In this document: positions 52,258 to 64,000 of the stretch, piece after piece
How positions within the stretch are numbered: position 1 is the stretch's first letter
Layout of the letters: each line of letters begins with the position of its first letter
From: Eledone cirrhosa
Taxonomy: Eukaryota
NCBI GenBank assembly: GCA_964016885.1
Contig: OZ024741.1
Coordinates: 164,238,001-164,302,000 of the forward strand
DNA: 64,000 nt
Direction of reading: 5' to 3'
The notes under the pieces: generated by a model
Databases searched by the model: none
Seen by the model: only the letters and a program-made list of their open reading frames with translations
Told to the model about the DNA's origin: nothing
Translations under genes and position numbers: made by a program

Positions 52258-55200
52258 TGTTTCTTTTATTTGCCACCAGGGCATCAAAAGTGGGACAAGT
52301 ACAATGGGGGGAGTTTACACAAAAAGGCGTCCTCAATAAGGAGGAGGCAATAACAAAATATAAAAATAAAATAAAATATAACAAAAAATAAAATTTATAA
52401 CAAAATCCTCAATAGAGAGGAGGCGCCTTGGGGGGGGGGGGGGGGGGGTCGCACACACCCCCGAAAAAAGTGTGCAACCCTTTTCCTCAGGAGCACAGAG
52501 AAGGTGTGCTCCCTCGTTCCTTCCTCCTTTCCACCTACAGGCTTATGTAAAGAGAAGGCCCATTCACACGGGCCATTTTCGCCACTTTCACCCATCTTTC
52601 ATAAAAACGACTGGGGTGGAGCACCTCTCTCTCCATCCTGATCCTTCTTCCGAAATGATATCGGAAGAAACGGACCAGTTGTTGACCAGAGAGAAAGGTG
52701 CCTGACCTCAGTCCTTTCAGACGCGTCCACCATACAACTTCTTTCACCGTGGCTATTACGCACAGAAACACCGCCTCTCCTTCATCTTTGAAGGGGGGAG
52801 GCGGCTTGATCATTACAATAGACTCGGTGGTCAACCTGATCGGTCCCACCCTTGACAGCAGTTGTTCGACATAGCCCCACAGATCGGCTACGCCCGAGCA
52901 GTGTACCAATGCGTGTGCAACGCTTTCCTCGTCGCACACGCATCTGGGACAGATCTTTTTGGCGGGGTCCCTACCCGGGCGCCCATGTCTGTAGAGATTT
53001 TCTCGAACGGGTAGAGCCCCTCGGTAGCACTGCCAGGCCAGGGACTTCTGGAAGTTGTCCATAGGTCCCGGGCTGAATGTCCTACCGAACAGGCTGGCCA
53101 GTTCGTCCTCCTCCATGTCTAGGGCTTCTCCGAGGGCGTCGTCGCACCTGCTGCGTACCAGCCCTCTATAGAATGTTGCGGTGGAGTCTCCACTGATAAC
53201 CGGATCCGCCTGCCAGAGGGCGGTGAGCGCCTGGGCACACTCAGTGTGCCAGGAGCCCAGTTTTCTCGTCTTTGCTTGACCCAGGATTGCAGCTCGGTGA
53301 GTGAGACGAGTCTGGGAAAGATTCGTCTCACAAACGAGGCCCACACTGGTTGACCGGTGAGGAATACGTAGAGGTGCCGTAGCCTTAATGCGTGTTTACG
53401 CATCATTAGCCACGGCATCCCCAGCCCTCCTTTCGAAGGGTGTTGACAGCAGATGGATCTCCTCACCAAGGGAGCCCGCCTCTTCCAAAGGAATTGGAAG
53501 AGCGCGCGTTCCATCTTGGCGAAGGTTTCCCTTGGGCAGGGCACTAACGGTCAGGCGGTAGTAGATGACGGACGCTATATAGGTGTTCGCCACCTCCGCT
53601 CGACCTTTCAGGGATAGTTTGCAACTGGCACACTTCTGGGTCAGTGCAAACACCCTGTTCGTAACCTCCGCCCAGTTCTTCTTCACCTGGAGGTCCGGTC
53701 CGAACCAGACCCCGAGCAACTTCACCGGGCCCTCCGTCCAGCGTCCGACGACGCCATCGGAGGGCATCGGTCTGCCCCTCCACGTGCCGAGTTGCAAACC
53801 GATCGACTTGTCCCAGTTCAGCTTAGCCCCTGTGAACCTTTCGTACTCCTCCAGTAAGGTGCCGGCCGCCCCGATTTCGGAGGCCGTCGACACCATTACT
53901 GTCACGTCATCGGCGTAGGCCGACACCACTTTCCGCAATCCCGGTTCCAAAGGGATGCCCTGCAACAACTCCAACTTCCGCAGTAGTGGCTCGAGAGTCA
54001 ACACATACAGAAGGGAGGAGAGAGGGCACCCTTGTCGGATGGACCGCGCGATTTTGAACGGCTCCGAGAGGTAGCCGTTCACCTTGACCATAGAGCAGAT
54101 GCGGCCGCTGTGCATAGCATTGATCCAGCCCCTGAAAACGGGTCCGAAGCCTGCCGCCGTTAGCACCGCATCCAGGTAACCATGGTCGACCCTATCGAAC
54201 GCCTTAGCCCCACCAAAGCCGGGTTCGTTCCCAACACTCTCTATGATGTATCGCATGAGGTGGAGGTTGTCATGGATGGACCTGGACGGGATAGCACATG
54301 TCTGCGCATCTCCCACCAGGTTGCCCACGACAAGCGCCAACCTCTTTGCTAGCACCTTCGCCAAAATCTGTAACTCTGTATTTAGCAGAGTTATGGGCCT
54401 GAAGTTACTTATTTCGTCCCCCTTGTTCTCGTCCTTCCTCACTAGCGTGACTACGCCCTTGGTCACAGTACAGGGAATTCTCCCGTTCTGTTGCCAGTTG
54501 CAGTAGACCGCCTCGAGGAGATCGGGGAACAAGTCCGGCATAGCTAGATATAGTTCGTATGGAAGACCATCGAGACCCGGGGATTTGCGTTTGCCGCATT
54601 GGCTCAGCACGTCCTCTATCTCAGCGGCCGAAATCGGCTCCTCGCAGGACTTCGCCTCCCTGTCCGAGAGACGTGGCAGGTCGTCGAGGTATGGACTGAA
54701 GTCCACATCCCCAACCGGCTCCCCGCCCCTTCCGAACAGTCGGGCAAAGTGCCTTTGAAAGGCCTCTCACATCTGCTTAGGCTCAAGAATCGCCCGTCCA
54801 TCCTGGTCTCGCAAAGACCGGATGGTGGATTTAGTTCCACTATTGGTCTCTGTCACGCGGGACCAGCTAACAGCTTTGGTCCCCTCATTTCCTAGAGCAC
54901 GTATTTTACTTCGGACAACGCAGCCTTCGTGCTTCGCGTCGAAAAAACTGACTCAAAGCCATTCTCGACGCTAGCACTCTGGCCACGTCGCCGCTTCTAA
55001 TTGCCTCTTCTACTCTATCTATTAGCTCCCTTTCCTTCCTATTCCTATCCGCAGCTAGAACCTTACTAAATTCTATCGAGACTACTCTAATCTCTCTTTT
55101 TAGAGATACCCACCACCTGCTGTTGACGATCGCTCCAGTCAACCGTTCCTTAACTAACGTACTAATCCGATCCCTGTAAGCTCTACTTGCCGGCAAGGAC

Positions 55201-56768
55201 AAGTTGAGCTTCCAGTAACCGGGGCCTTGTCTATGCGTTCTATCAAGGTTGACCATGCAGGTCACCAACTTGTGGTCTGAATAGCCAACCATGAGCATTT
55301 CTGGACAACTTAAAATGTCCCTGTCCTTATTTCTAACTAAAAACCTATCTAGGTACGACCTAGATGATCCGCTGCGATTTGACCAAGACCAGGTTGGCAC
55401 CGTCGGAAAATCTAGTCGAAATCTATCGGCCAGGTCAAATCGGCCGAGTAACCCCTTGAGGTTGTTGCACCCCTCTCTATCGGGACATGCCCCTGCATAG
55501 TCCCAACGTGCATCCAGGATACCATTCCAGTCCCCCAATAAAAGCAGGGAACGGAACGTCCCTAGAAAAAACTCCAGACGCTGGAAAAAGTTGGGCCGCT
55601 CTGTCCCAAAAGAGGCATATGCAGCTACCAGCCTAAAGGCTCTACCTTCACCACTGCCAAGGTCCAGCACCACCAGTCGACCCCCTGGGTCCAAGTGAAC
55701 TATCTGTGTTGCAAGGCCCAGATGTTTTTGCAGCAGAATGACAACCCCACCCCCACCTCCGGGCTGACAGAGAGATGCGTGCATCTCAAAGTCGTCAAAG
55801 GTGGGGGCTAGCTGCCGCATGCTGCTGATCCGGGCCTCGCAGATAACCAACACATTTATAGATCGTGACCTGAGGTCATTTAGAAGCATTGCTTGCTTCC
55901 AAGATGAGCCCAGGCCACGCGCATTTAGACACCCTACTCTTAGCACAGCCATGTTGGTGGTAAGGAGAAAAGGTACTTACCTCTCTGCGTCCCGGGAAAC
56001 GGGCCGCTCAATTTCCATGCTGGTTGGGGATGGGTTGTTGGGTGGGGTGGGGTGGTGGTTTGTGGAAGTGAAGGGGCATCAGTGTGTTGTGGGGTTGGGG
56101 TGTTTGTGGTTGAGTGGGTGTCTGGGTGGGGGGTGGGGGATGAATTTTTTTAGGAGGACGCGGTTGATTGGTTTGGCGCAGGGGACTGGGGGGGGGGGGG
56201 GGGGGCACGTCCTCCGTGAAATTTATTTTCAGTGTTTTGTAAAAGTTCATTGGGACTTTAATCATTTTTAAATGAGGTAGTCCCACAGCAGTTATAAAGT
56301 TAGGCCCTTCAGTTTGGACCGAAGGGTTTGCTGAAATTGTTTTCAGTAGTTATGTAATGTATATTGTAAAGTCTTTTTTTGTGTAGCAGTTAGTGTTGTG
56401 TGACAGAGAGGTGTAGTTTGTGTTCTCTTGGGGAGGGTTAAAGTTAACATGTGTGTCTGTGGTGCGTCTCCTCTTCTTTCTTTTTACTTGTTGGAAGGGA
56501 TCTTTTTCGTCTTGCGACGAAAGGGGTTCGTCTTCCTTGTTGGGTGGGAGGAGTATGTTTTCTGGTAGTGTTTGCGGTGTGTGTGTTTTTGTATTTGTTT
56601 TGGGTGGAGAGGGATTGGGTGGGACAGTATTCTGTGTTGTTTTTTCACGTGTTTGTTGTTGTTGTTGTTGTGGTGGTGGTGGTGGTGGTGTTGGTTTTTG
56701 TTGTTGTTGTTGTTTTTGGGGTGGTGTTGGTGTTGGTAACAGTGTTTTTTTCTGTGTGAGCTGGGGAC
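52258..56768 (-). mobile_element. Tx1/L1-group LINE: ORF1 remnant + frameshifted ORF2 (APE, RT, C-terminal CCHC)
   Basis: CLNARGL, LLGDWN, SRSYLDRFL, YSDHK, GPGYWKLN, KSPGLDGLP, FRPITLLN, AKAFDRVDH, RQGCPLS, AYADD, CPRC...ESVAHALVHC; AATAAA near the 3' end. Confidence 0.92.
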
Positions 56769-56785
56769 AGATAGATAGTTATATA

Positions 56786-57101
56786 CAGGGGCCCCGTTTG
56801 CCATAAAAATGTGAGGGGGACAAACCAACATTTGTTGATTCTTAAAGGAACATAATAATGAAAATATTGTGTACAGTGCTCAGGTGCACTACAACATGTT
56901 AGTATTGCTTATGGTCCCTTTCGCGGACCCTATCACAAAAGCAAAATTTTACGCTAATTAAATTTTATATATTCAAATGAAGTTCAGATATAAACAAAAT
57001 AAGCTTAAAACGAATTTATTATATTAAATAAACAAAAAAATAAAACAGACGTTTGAAAAAGAGACTTGTCCCCTAGTACCCCCCCTGAAACAAGGCCCTT
57101 G
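56786..57101 (-). mobile_element. Non-autonomous hAT derivative
   Basis: Ends CAGGGGCCCCGTTT / AAACAAGGCCCTTG; internal sequence is reverse-complementary to both ends of 57455-59150. Confidence 0.7.
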
Positions 57102-57454
57102 GATATATAGGTAGGTAGGTAGATAGATGTGTGTGATTGTAAAAATTATTTTTATCAAACAGATAGAATATGGATGGTAATTCAAGTTAATACACTTCTC
57201 AATGTTATCTAATGGTCACCCTATTTCAATGCATATGTAATAAATATTTTTTTAAGTATGTCTGTTTATATATATGTATGTGTAAATGCGCGTGTTTGTA
57301 ATTCTATTTTCTATATATCTTTCTAAATAAACACACAAACACATACATTCACTCAAATATATATAAATATATTTTACACAAACACCCATATACACACAAA
57401 CGTTCACATACCTGCATTTTACACGCATACACATACACTCACACAGAGTTGAAC

Positions 57455-59150
57455 CAAGGGCCTTGTTTCAGGGGGGTACCAGGGGACAAGCCCCCCTCCC
57501 CCACTTTTTCAGGAACGGGGGACAAACCATCATTTGTCCACCCTACTTTTTCCCCAATTCAAAAATAAAGAAAATCTCACTAACAAGTCATACATATGCA
57601 TAATACCTATTTTTACATGTTTATTTATATGAATATATATAGACCCTAAGTTATAATCAGTTGTAATAGACCCTAAGTTGTAATTTTGTTTGTTCGATAT
57701 TTACATCCATTTGCTCAAAATTAAAACAGATCAACGCATCAATAATTTGAATGAGAATTGTATAACATTTTTATATGTATTTGTCTCACTAAGTGAATAT
57801 AGACAAATTTTAGGACCTGTTTAATACAGCAGAAAAAATGATTTATCAACTCAATACTTCTCCTTTGGAGCTACACAGGCAACGAAAAGTTCCTAAAAGA
57901 TTCCAGGAAGGAAATGTATTAAAATATCAACACTGCAGTTTTCGATCATTACAGAGTGCAGTATTTGCAGCTACAGGATACTGCAATAACAAATTTGAAA
58001 GATTTTTTTTCACAGGATTTAGCAGATTATGAAAAACAGCGATATTTTACTCAATGGAAAATTCTATGCTGAAGTGATCATGCAGTATCCAGAGTTTGAT
58101 GAATTGGTCATCTAATAGTTACCTCGTGTTATAATTATGTAAGAAACTTATCAATTAAATTTTTAATTATTTGATTAAAAACTTTTTTTTTTTAAACATA
58201 AATTCAAAAGTGTCTATTATACATCAGAATAATGTCGTATCCAATATAGAATATTGCTGAAGATTTTTTTTTTAAAGCACGGCGCCAAAGGAGCTCTTGA
58301 AGGTGAGTGCTGAAAAGTGCTTCGCTTATTCCTCTCATGGCACAGAATTTGACTTTGCAAAGCCCCCAGCTGCCTTCCATACGGTTTGTGTGGATTGAAG
58401 GGTCCTTGGGTCCACAAAGTTGTAACGATGGTTACAAAAAAAATTATAATTTATGCTTCTTATTTACTTTTCTTTAAATTATTTTTTTGTTAAATTAACA
58501 AAAAAAAAAAATTGAATACTTTAAAATTTAATTAATAATAACTTTCTTACTTAATTACATAAAAAAACCCAAATAATAATAAAAAAAAACAAATAATTTA
58601 ACAACATAACCGATGAATTTCCTTTAAGGAAATCTCTCGAGGATCATCGTAAAATATTAAGTGAAATGCAACCAGAAGTCCGTCGTATGTTTCCAAACGT
58701 TGAGCGATTGCTCAGGCTACTTTTAGTGAAGCTGAAAGATCTTTTAGCGTTCTGCGGAGACTCAAAACTTGGCTGTGATCGACCATGACTCAGCAAAGGT
58801 TGAATCATATTGTAATATGCCACGTTCATAGAGATGTTTTGAAAAAAATTGGTTGTGAAGAAATTGCTAAATAATTTATTGACAGCAATGATGCGAGATA
58901 TAATAATTTGGATAGTTCTAAAAGACAATAAATTTACTTTATATTTTTTTTTATTCAAACGTCTATGTTTTATTTTTTGTTTATTTGATATAATAAATTT
59001 ATTTTAAGCTTATTATTTTATATCATTTGAATAAGTAAAATTGAATTAGCGTAAAATTTTACTTATGTGAAAGGTACCATAAGCAATACTAACATGCTCC
59101 TTTAAGAATCAACAAATGTTGGTTTGTGCCCCTCACATTTTTAAAGCAAA
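57455..59150 (+). mobile_element. Decayed hAT transposon
   Basis: hATC dimerisation motif MFPNVERLLRLLL...EAERSFSVLRRLKTWL*STMTQQRLNHIVICHVH at ~58680-58830. Confidence 0.8.
58220..58420 (-). pseudogene. C-terminal fragment of a second Merlin/ISXO2-like transposase nested in the hAT
   Basis: Manual translation DPSIHTNRMEGSWGLCKVKFCAMRGISEALFSTHLQELLWRR matches the TN.IE..W...K...G...HL.EF.WR pattern at 61670-61800. Confidence 0.7.
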
Positions 59151-59414
59151 TTAATTTTTTTCACCGTAGAATTTTCACCATCCCACTTCCATCGGTGGAT
59201 ATATAAATATATTTTCCACAACCATTCATATAATCACAAGAATCAATGTGTGTAGCCAATTCGCTATACATATACACACACAAATGCCGGTGGAAAAGGT
59301 TTGGAAGGTCTGTTGGCTGCTTTGCCGTAGTAATTTCACCATCCCCTTCCTCCCTTTTACACACACACATACTCACCACCCCACTTCTATCGCGGGACTG
59401 ACACACGGACACGA

Positions 59415-59510
59415 TTATAATTGTTTCTACTTTTGGCACAAGGCCAGCAGTTAATCTAGTGCATTACTGGTACTTTATTTTATCGACCCCGTAAGGATGA
59501 AAGGAAAGGC
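59415..59510 (-). mobile_element. Partial SINE
   Basis: Same core as the other SINE copies. Confidence 0.8.
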
Positions 59511-59734
59511 TTGTAAGCTGTCAGAAGTGATAGTAGGCGAAGGTGACGTCATTCGTCAACCTTCTCAATCGTAAACATCGTTTATTTCCGTATTACCACG
59601 CGTTATTTTAATAAAGCATATCGATGTAAGTGGAGTTACTTAAATGAAAATATAGGTGGTCCTTAAAAGGCCCAAATTAGAAATTAATTAGAAAACAAGT
59701 CATGATTATCAAATAAATTTGATTTAATCATTTA

Positions 59735-60710
59735 TATTTTCATAGTCATGGTTATCAATGTAGAAATCACCAACAGTGGAGTTACTTCTGACAGCTAATA
59801 CCATGAACTTAAATGAATTTTCACCAACAGTGGAGTTACTTCTGACAGCTAATACCATGAACTATATTTTCATAGTCATGGTTATCAATGTAGAAAACAA
59901 GTCATTTTCACCAACAGTGGAGTTACTTCTGACAGCTAATACCATGAACTATATTTTCATAGTCATGGTTATCAATGTAGAAAACGAGTCATTTTCACCA
60001 ACAGTGGAGTTACTTCTGACAGCTAATACCATGAACTATATTTTCATAGCCATGATTATCAATGTAGAAAACAAGTCATTTTCACCAACAGTGGAGTTAC
60101 TTCTGACAGCTAATACCATGAACTATATTTTCATAGCCATGGTTATCAATGTAGAAAACGAGTCATTTTCACCAACAGTGGAGTTACTTCTGACAGCTAA
60201 TACCATGAACTATATTTTCATAGCCATGGTTATCAATGTAGAAAACAAGTCATTTTCACCAACAGTGGAGCTACTTCTGACAGCTAATACCATGAACTAT
60301 ATTTTCATAGCCATGGTTATCAATGTAGAAAACAAGTCATTTTCACCAACAGTGGAGCTACTTCTGACAGCTAATACCATGAACTATATTTTCATAGCCA
60401 TGGTTATCAATGTAGAAAACAAGTCATTTTCACCAACAGTGGAGCTACTTCTGACAGCTAATACCATGAACTATATTTTCATAGCCATGGTTATCAATGT
60501 AGAAAACAAGTCATTTTCACCAACAGTGGAGTTACTTCTGACAGCTAATACCATGAACTATATTTTCATAGTCATGGTTATCAATGTAGAAAACAAGTCA
60601 TTTTCACCAACAGTTGAGTTACTTCTGACAGCTAATACCATGAACTATATTTTCATAGCCATGGTTATCAATGTAGAAAACAAGTCATTTTCACCAACAG
60701 TGGAGTTAAC
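59735..60710. repeat. 87-bp tandem array (~11 units) within the Merlin left subterminal region
   Basis: TCACCAACAG recurs at 59821, 59908, 59995...; the units are nearly identical. Confidence 0.95.
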
Positions 60711-60985
60711 TTAAATGAAAATATAGGTGGCCCTTAAAAGGGCCAAATTAGAAAACAAATATATGGTTATCAAATTTTTTTCACCAACCCTATACATTTA
60801 TGAAGAAATGTTTAGAAAACAAATTTGTTTCACCAACCTTATTCAAAAGCATGGATACAGTCCACATGGAGACAAGAGACAGTCCCCATGGAGACAATCA
60901 TCACCAACACCACCAACATCAAGTGTAAATAAATAAACTTTAATCTTCACTTTGTGATAATACACGCATTTGCAAGTTGAAAAAT

Positions 60986-61857
60986 ATGAATTCTACAATA
61001 TACCCAAGTGTTAATGGGATTAACCATCGCGATCTTTCCATCGCCACCGTTACTACAGCAGATACCATCAATTGGTTGAAAAATCATGGACTTCTGAATA
61101 CACAAAAGGTCTGCTCTTCATGTGGTGAACGCATGTTGGAAGTAGCGAAAAAAATGTGTCAGATGGGATTATCTGGTCATGTGGAAGACCATGGAGAAAA
61201 TAGGTGTCGATTAGAATAGGCACATTTCTATAAAATAGTAATTTGAAGTGTGAACAAACAGTTGATATATTGTATTATTGGGCAAAAGAAGATTTAGCCA
61301 AGAAGATTTCACAGGAATGTCGTATCGCGAATGTGGCCGTAACAGATTGGCGAAATGTTTGCCTTGATGTATGTGCAGAGTATTATATGGCACAAAACAT
61401 TAAGCTTGGCGGGCCTACCGAATTGTCGAGATTGACGAAAGCGCCTTCGTGAGAAGGAAATACCATGTTGGCCATCTGGTGAAAACACAGTGGGTCTTTG
61501 GTGCTTTGGAAAGAGGTACCAGAAGATGTTTTTTAGTAGCAGTAGAAGACCGGACAGCAGAGACACTTTTAGCCGTTATACAGGATCGTATATTGCCTGG
61601 CACAACTATAATACGATCGATCAGCTAGGCTATCAACATTTGACTGTGAACCATTCTGTTTTGTTGATCCTGTAACATTTGCCACAACGAATCACATAGA
61701 ATGCTTGTGGAAACATGTAAAGAATAGGAATAAAATGGAAAACGGAACAGCCAGAAATTTGCTTCAAACCCATCTAATTGAATTCATGTGGCGGTATGAA
61801 TTTAAAGGTGAAATTTCCCAAAAGTTATTAGAACATATTCGTCATCTGTATCCATAA
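60986..61857 (+). pseudogene. Merlin/IS1016 (ISXO2-like) DDE transposase, frameshifted
   Basis: CSSC, SIRIGTF, KLGGP..IVEIDESAF.RRKYHVG..QWVFG.LER, HLTVNHS, VDP...TTNHIECLWKHVK, HLIEFMWR. Flanked by ~65-bp inverted repeats (60772-60844 / 61858-61917). Confidence 0.92.
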
Positions 61858-61917
61858 GAATAAGGTTGGTGAAAAAAATGTTTCTAAACATTTCTTCATA
61901 AATGGTGGAAAAAATTT

Positions 61918-62317
61918 GACACTACAACGCTATTAGCTGTCAGTCCAGTGGAAAACAGGCGAAGGTGACGCCACTCGTCAACATCGTTTATTTCCGTATT
62001 ACTACCACGCGGAAGTGGAGTTTTCACGCGTTTTTTTTTTTTTGAGAGAGAGAGGGAAGAGGAGAGATAGGGAAGAGAGAGAGAGGGGGAAGACTTAAAA
62101 GGGCTAAATTAGAAAACAAATAGAAAACAAGTCTTGGTTATAAAGCATATCGATGTAAGTGGAGTTACTTAAATGAAAATATAGGTGGCCCTTAAAAGGG
62201 CCAAATTAGAAAACAAGTCATGGTTATCAATGTAGAAAACAAGTCATTCATAAATTTAAGTTTTATAATCAAATTTTTTTCACCAACAAATATGACAGCT
62301 AATAGCGTTGTAGTGCC
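61918..62317. mobile_element. Merlin-derived MITE with ~24-bp TIRs
   Basis: GACACTACAACGCTATTAGCTGTCA ... TGACAGCTAATAGCGTTGTAGTGCC. Confidence 0.75.
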
Positions 62318-62352
62318 CGCAATTCTGTATCTTTACGTATATTGCGCATAGA

Positions 62353-62600
62353 TACGAGGGTTGACAAAGATACTCTCATGGAATGTGACCAAATGAGGTT
62401 TATTTTTCAACATAGTCTCCCTTGCGTTCCATACACTTCTTCCATCGGTGTTGCAGTACTGAGATCAATGTTTTTCTCGGTAGTGGCAGTTGTAGGACGT
62501 CCAGACATTGGGTGATCTTCAAGAATCCCCTATCCTTTCCTAAATTCGGCTGCCCACTTTTGCACAAAGGAAAATTGTGGTACAATATTGTAAGGTCTGC
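62353..62600 (-). mobile_element. mariner transposon remnant
   Basis: TACGAGGG terminus; C-terminal motif LQHRWKKCMERKGDYVEK*. Confidence 0.75.
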
Positions 62601-63319
62601 TTATAGCATTATCCATCTTTCAAAAATGAAGGTCCACATTTCCTCGACTTCAATACATTTTATTACATTTTATTGTATTGTAAACATTAACTTTTATGGA
62701 AATTTTATTACAAAATTTAGTTCGATTTTTTGGAATTTATTTAACAAACATGGAAAAATAAGAAAAAGAATAAAATAAAAAATAATTTGATTGCCTTTAA
62801 TAAAGAAGATAAATAGAGTGGAACTGATTTCCAGGTCATACTAATGAAACAAGGTTTTTTCCATTACTGATATTATCTGTCTGCCGCAAGTCCTGGTAGA
62901 AGATGCTACACGAACTAAAGTATTTTACTGAAGGACGCAACATGCAGCAGGATCGAAGAAACGAGCCCATGACTTTATAATGGTTAGTCCAGTACCGTAA
63001 CCCCTAAGGCATGTATGTGCCTTCACAGAGGAAAGGTAAATCCTATTATAACAGATTAGATGGGTACTATGTTAGATATGACTATGTGTCATATTATACC
63101 AAAGAGGAAGTGTGCTGTATAATAAACATTGATATCAGGTTGATTCAATAACTACCCGATCCCAAATATGAACCCATGAGCTTATGGTCGTCAGTCAAAC
63201 ACTTTAACCATTGTATGTATGTATGTATACACGTATGGATGGATGTATGTGTGTATACATGTATGGATGGATGGATGTATGTATGTATACATGTATATAT
63301 GTAAGTATGTATGCCTGTA

Positions 63320-64000
63320 TGAGAACAACTGGAAGGACTTCAGGAGCTCGGTCTATGAGGCTTCAGCAGAGGTCCTTGGCTTTGTCACAAGAAAACAAGG
63401 ACTGGTTTGATGAGAATGACCAGGAGGTCAAGGCTCTGCTAGACAGAAAACAAAAGGCACTTGATGCAGTTCTTAAAGGCGGTATCTCTGTTGGTGACAA
63501 TTATGAGCGTTACAGACAGGTAAAGAAGGAAGTGCAGGTGAAACTCAGGGCTATGCAAAATACCTGGTGGAGCAACAAAGCAGATGAAGTTCAAGTGGCA
63601 TCTGACGGCAACAATTTGAAACTGCCGCACTTTCTACTCACAGAGGTGTATGGCCCTTTCAGCTCTCCAGTGGCCCCTTTGAGATCGAAAGATGGCAAGC
63701 AATTACTGCGTGACACAAACGACACTTGACAAATAGAGAGATCACTTTGATGAGCTCTTAAACCAGGTTGATGATGATTTCATTTGTTCCATTCCTATTG
63801 AACCAGTGAAGCATATGAGATGGCTAATGTATCTTCTCTTGCAGAGGGGACTTCTGTTGTGCATAAGCTGAACTGTGGTAAGTCTCCTGGTATGGATGGT
63901 CTGAGTGGAGCGGTTTTGAAGTGTGGTGGTGAAAACTTCACGCAGCGCCTGACTGACCTCATGAAAATGGTGTGGGAAGATGAGAATGTCCCACAAGAAG
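63320..64000 (+). pseudogene. RTE/BovB-like LINE ORF fragment (inter-domain region), runs off the window
   Basis: NKDWFDENDQEV, KLRAMQNTWWSNKADEVQ, EVYGP...PLRSKDG, HFDELLN, GKSPGMDG. Confidence 0.8.

Noticed and set aside
59776-60714. 312-aa ORF of 29-aa repeats
   Set aside because: By-product of an 87-bp (multiple of 3) array built from non-coding transposon-end motifs; no evidence of coding constraint.

Overview
AT-rich, microsatellite-laden eukaryotic DNA made almost entirely of transposable elements. An invertebrate, probably a cephalopod/octopus, is inferred only from the SINE and LINE types. No intact host gene is evident. Contents: four Penelope-like retroelements (PLEs; RT plus C-terminal GIY-YIG), RTE-clade LINEs (two carry a PHD-type finger inside the RT), a CR1/L2-type LINE remnant, a Tx1/L1-type LINE, a decayed Helitron, Merlin/ISXO2, hAT and mariner remnants, tRNA-type SINEs and several minisatellites. 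The main unannotated signal is about 20 complete or near-complete type I hammerhead ribozyme (HHR) motifs (CUGANGA...GAAA...NUH with pairable stems), read by eye, in at least six sequence families. Many sit as back-to-back pairs in fold-back palindromes inserted in (TA)n. One family bounds a ~1.3 kb non-coding retrozyme-like unit that is itself the outer arm of a ~14.5 kb nested inverted-repeat structure. All calls are by manual inspection; no searches or folding programs were run, and boundaries are approximate.
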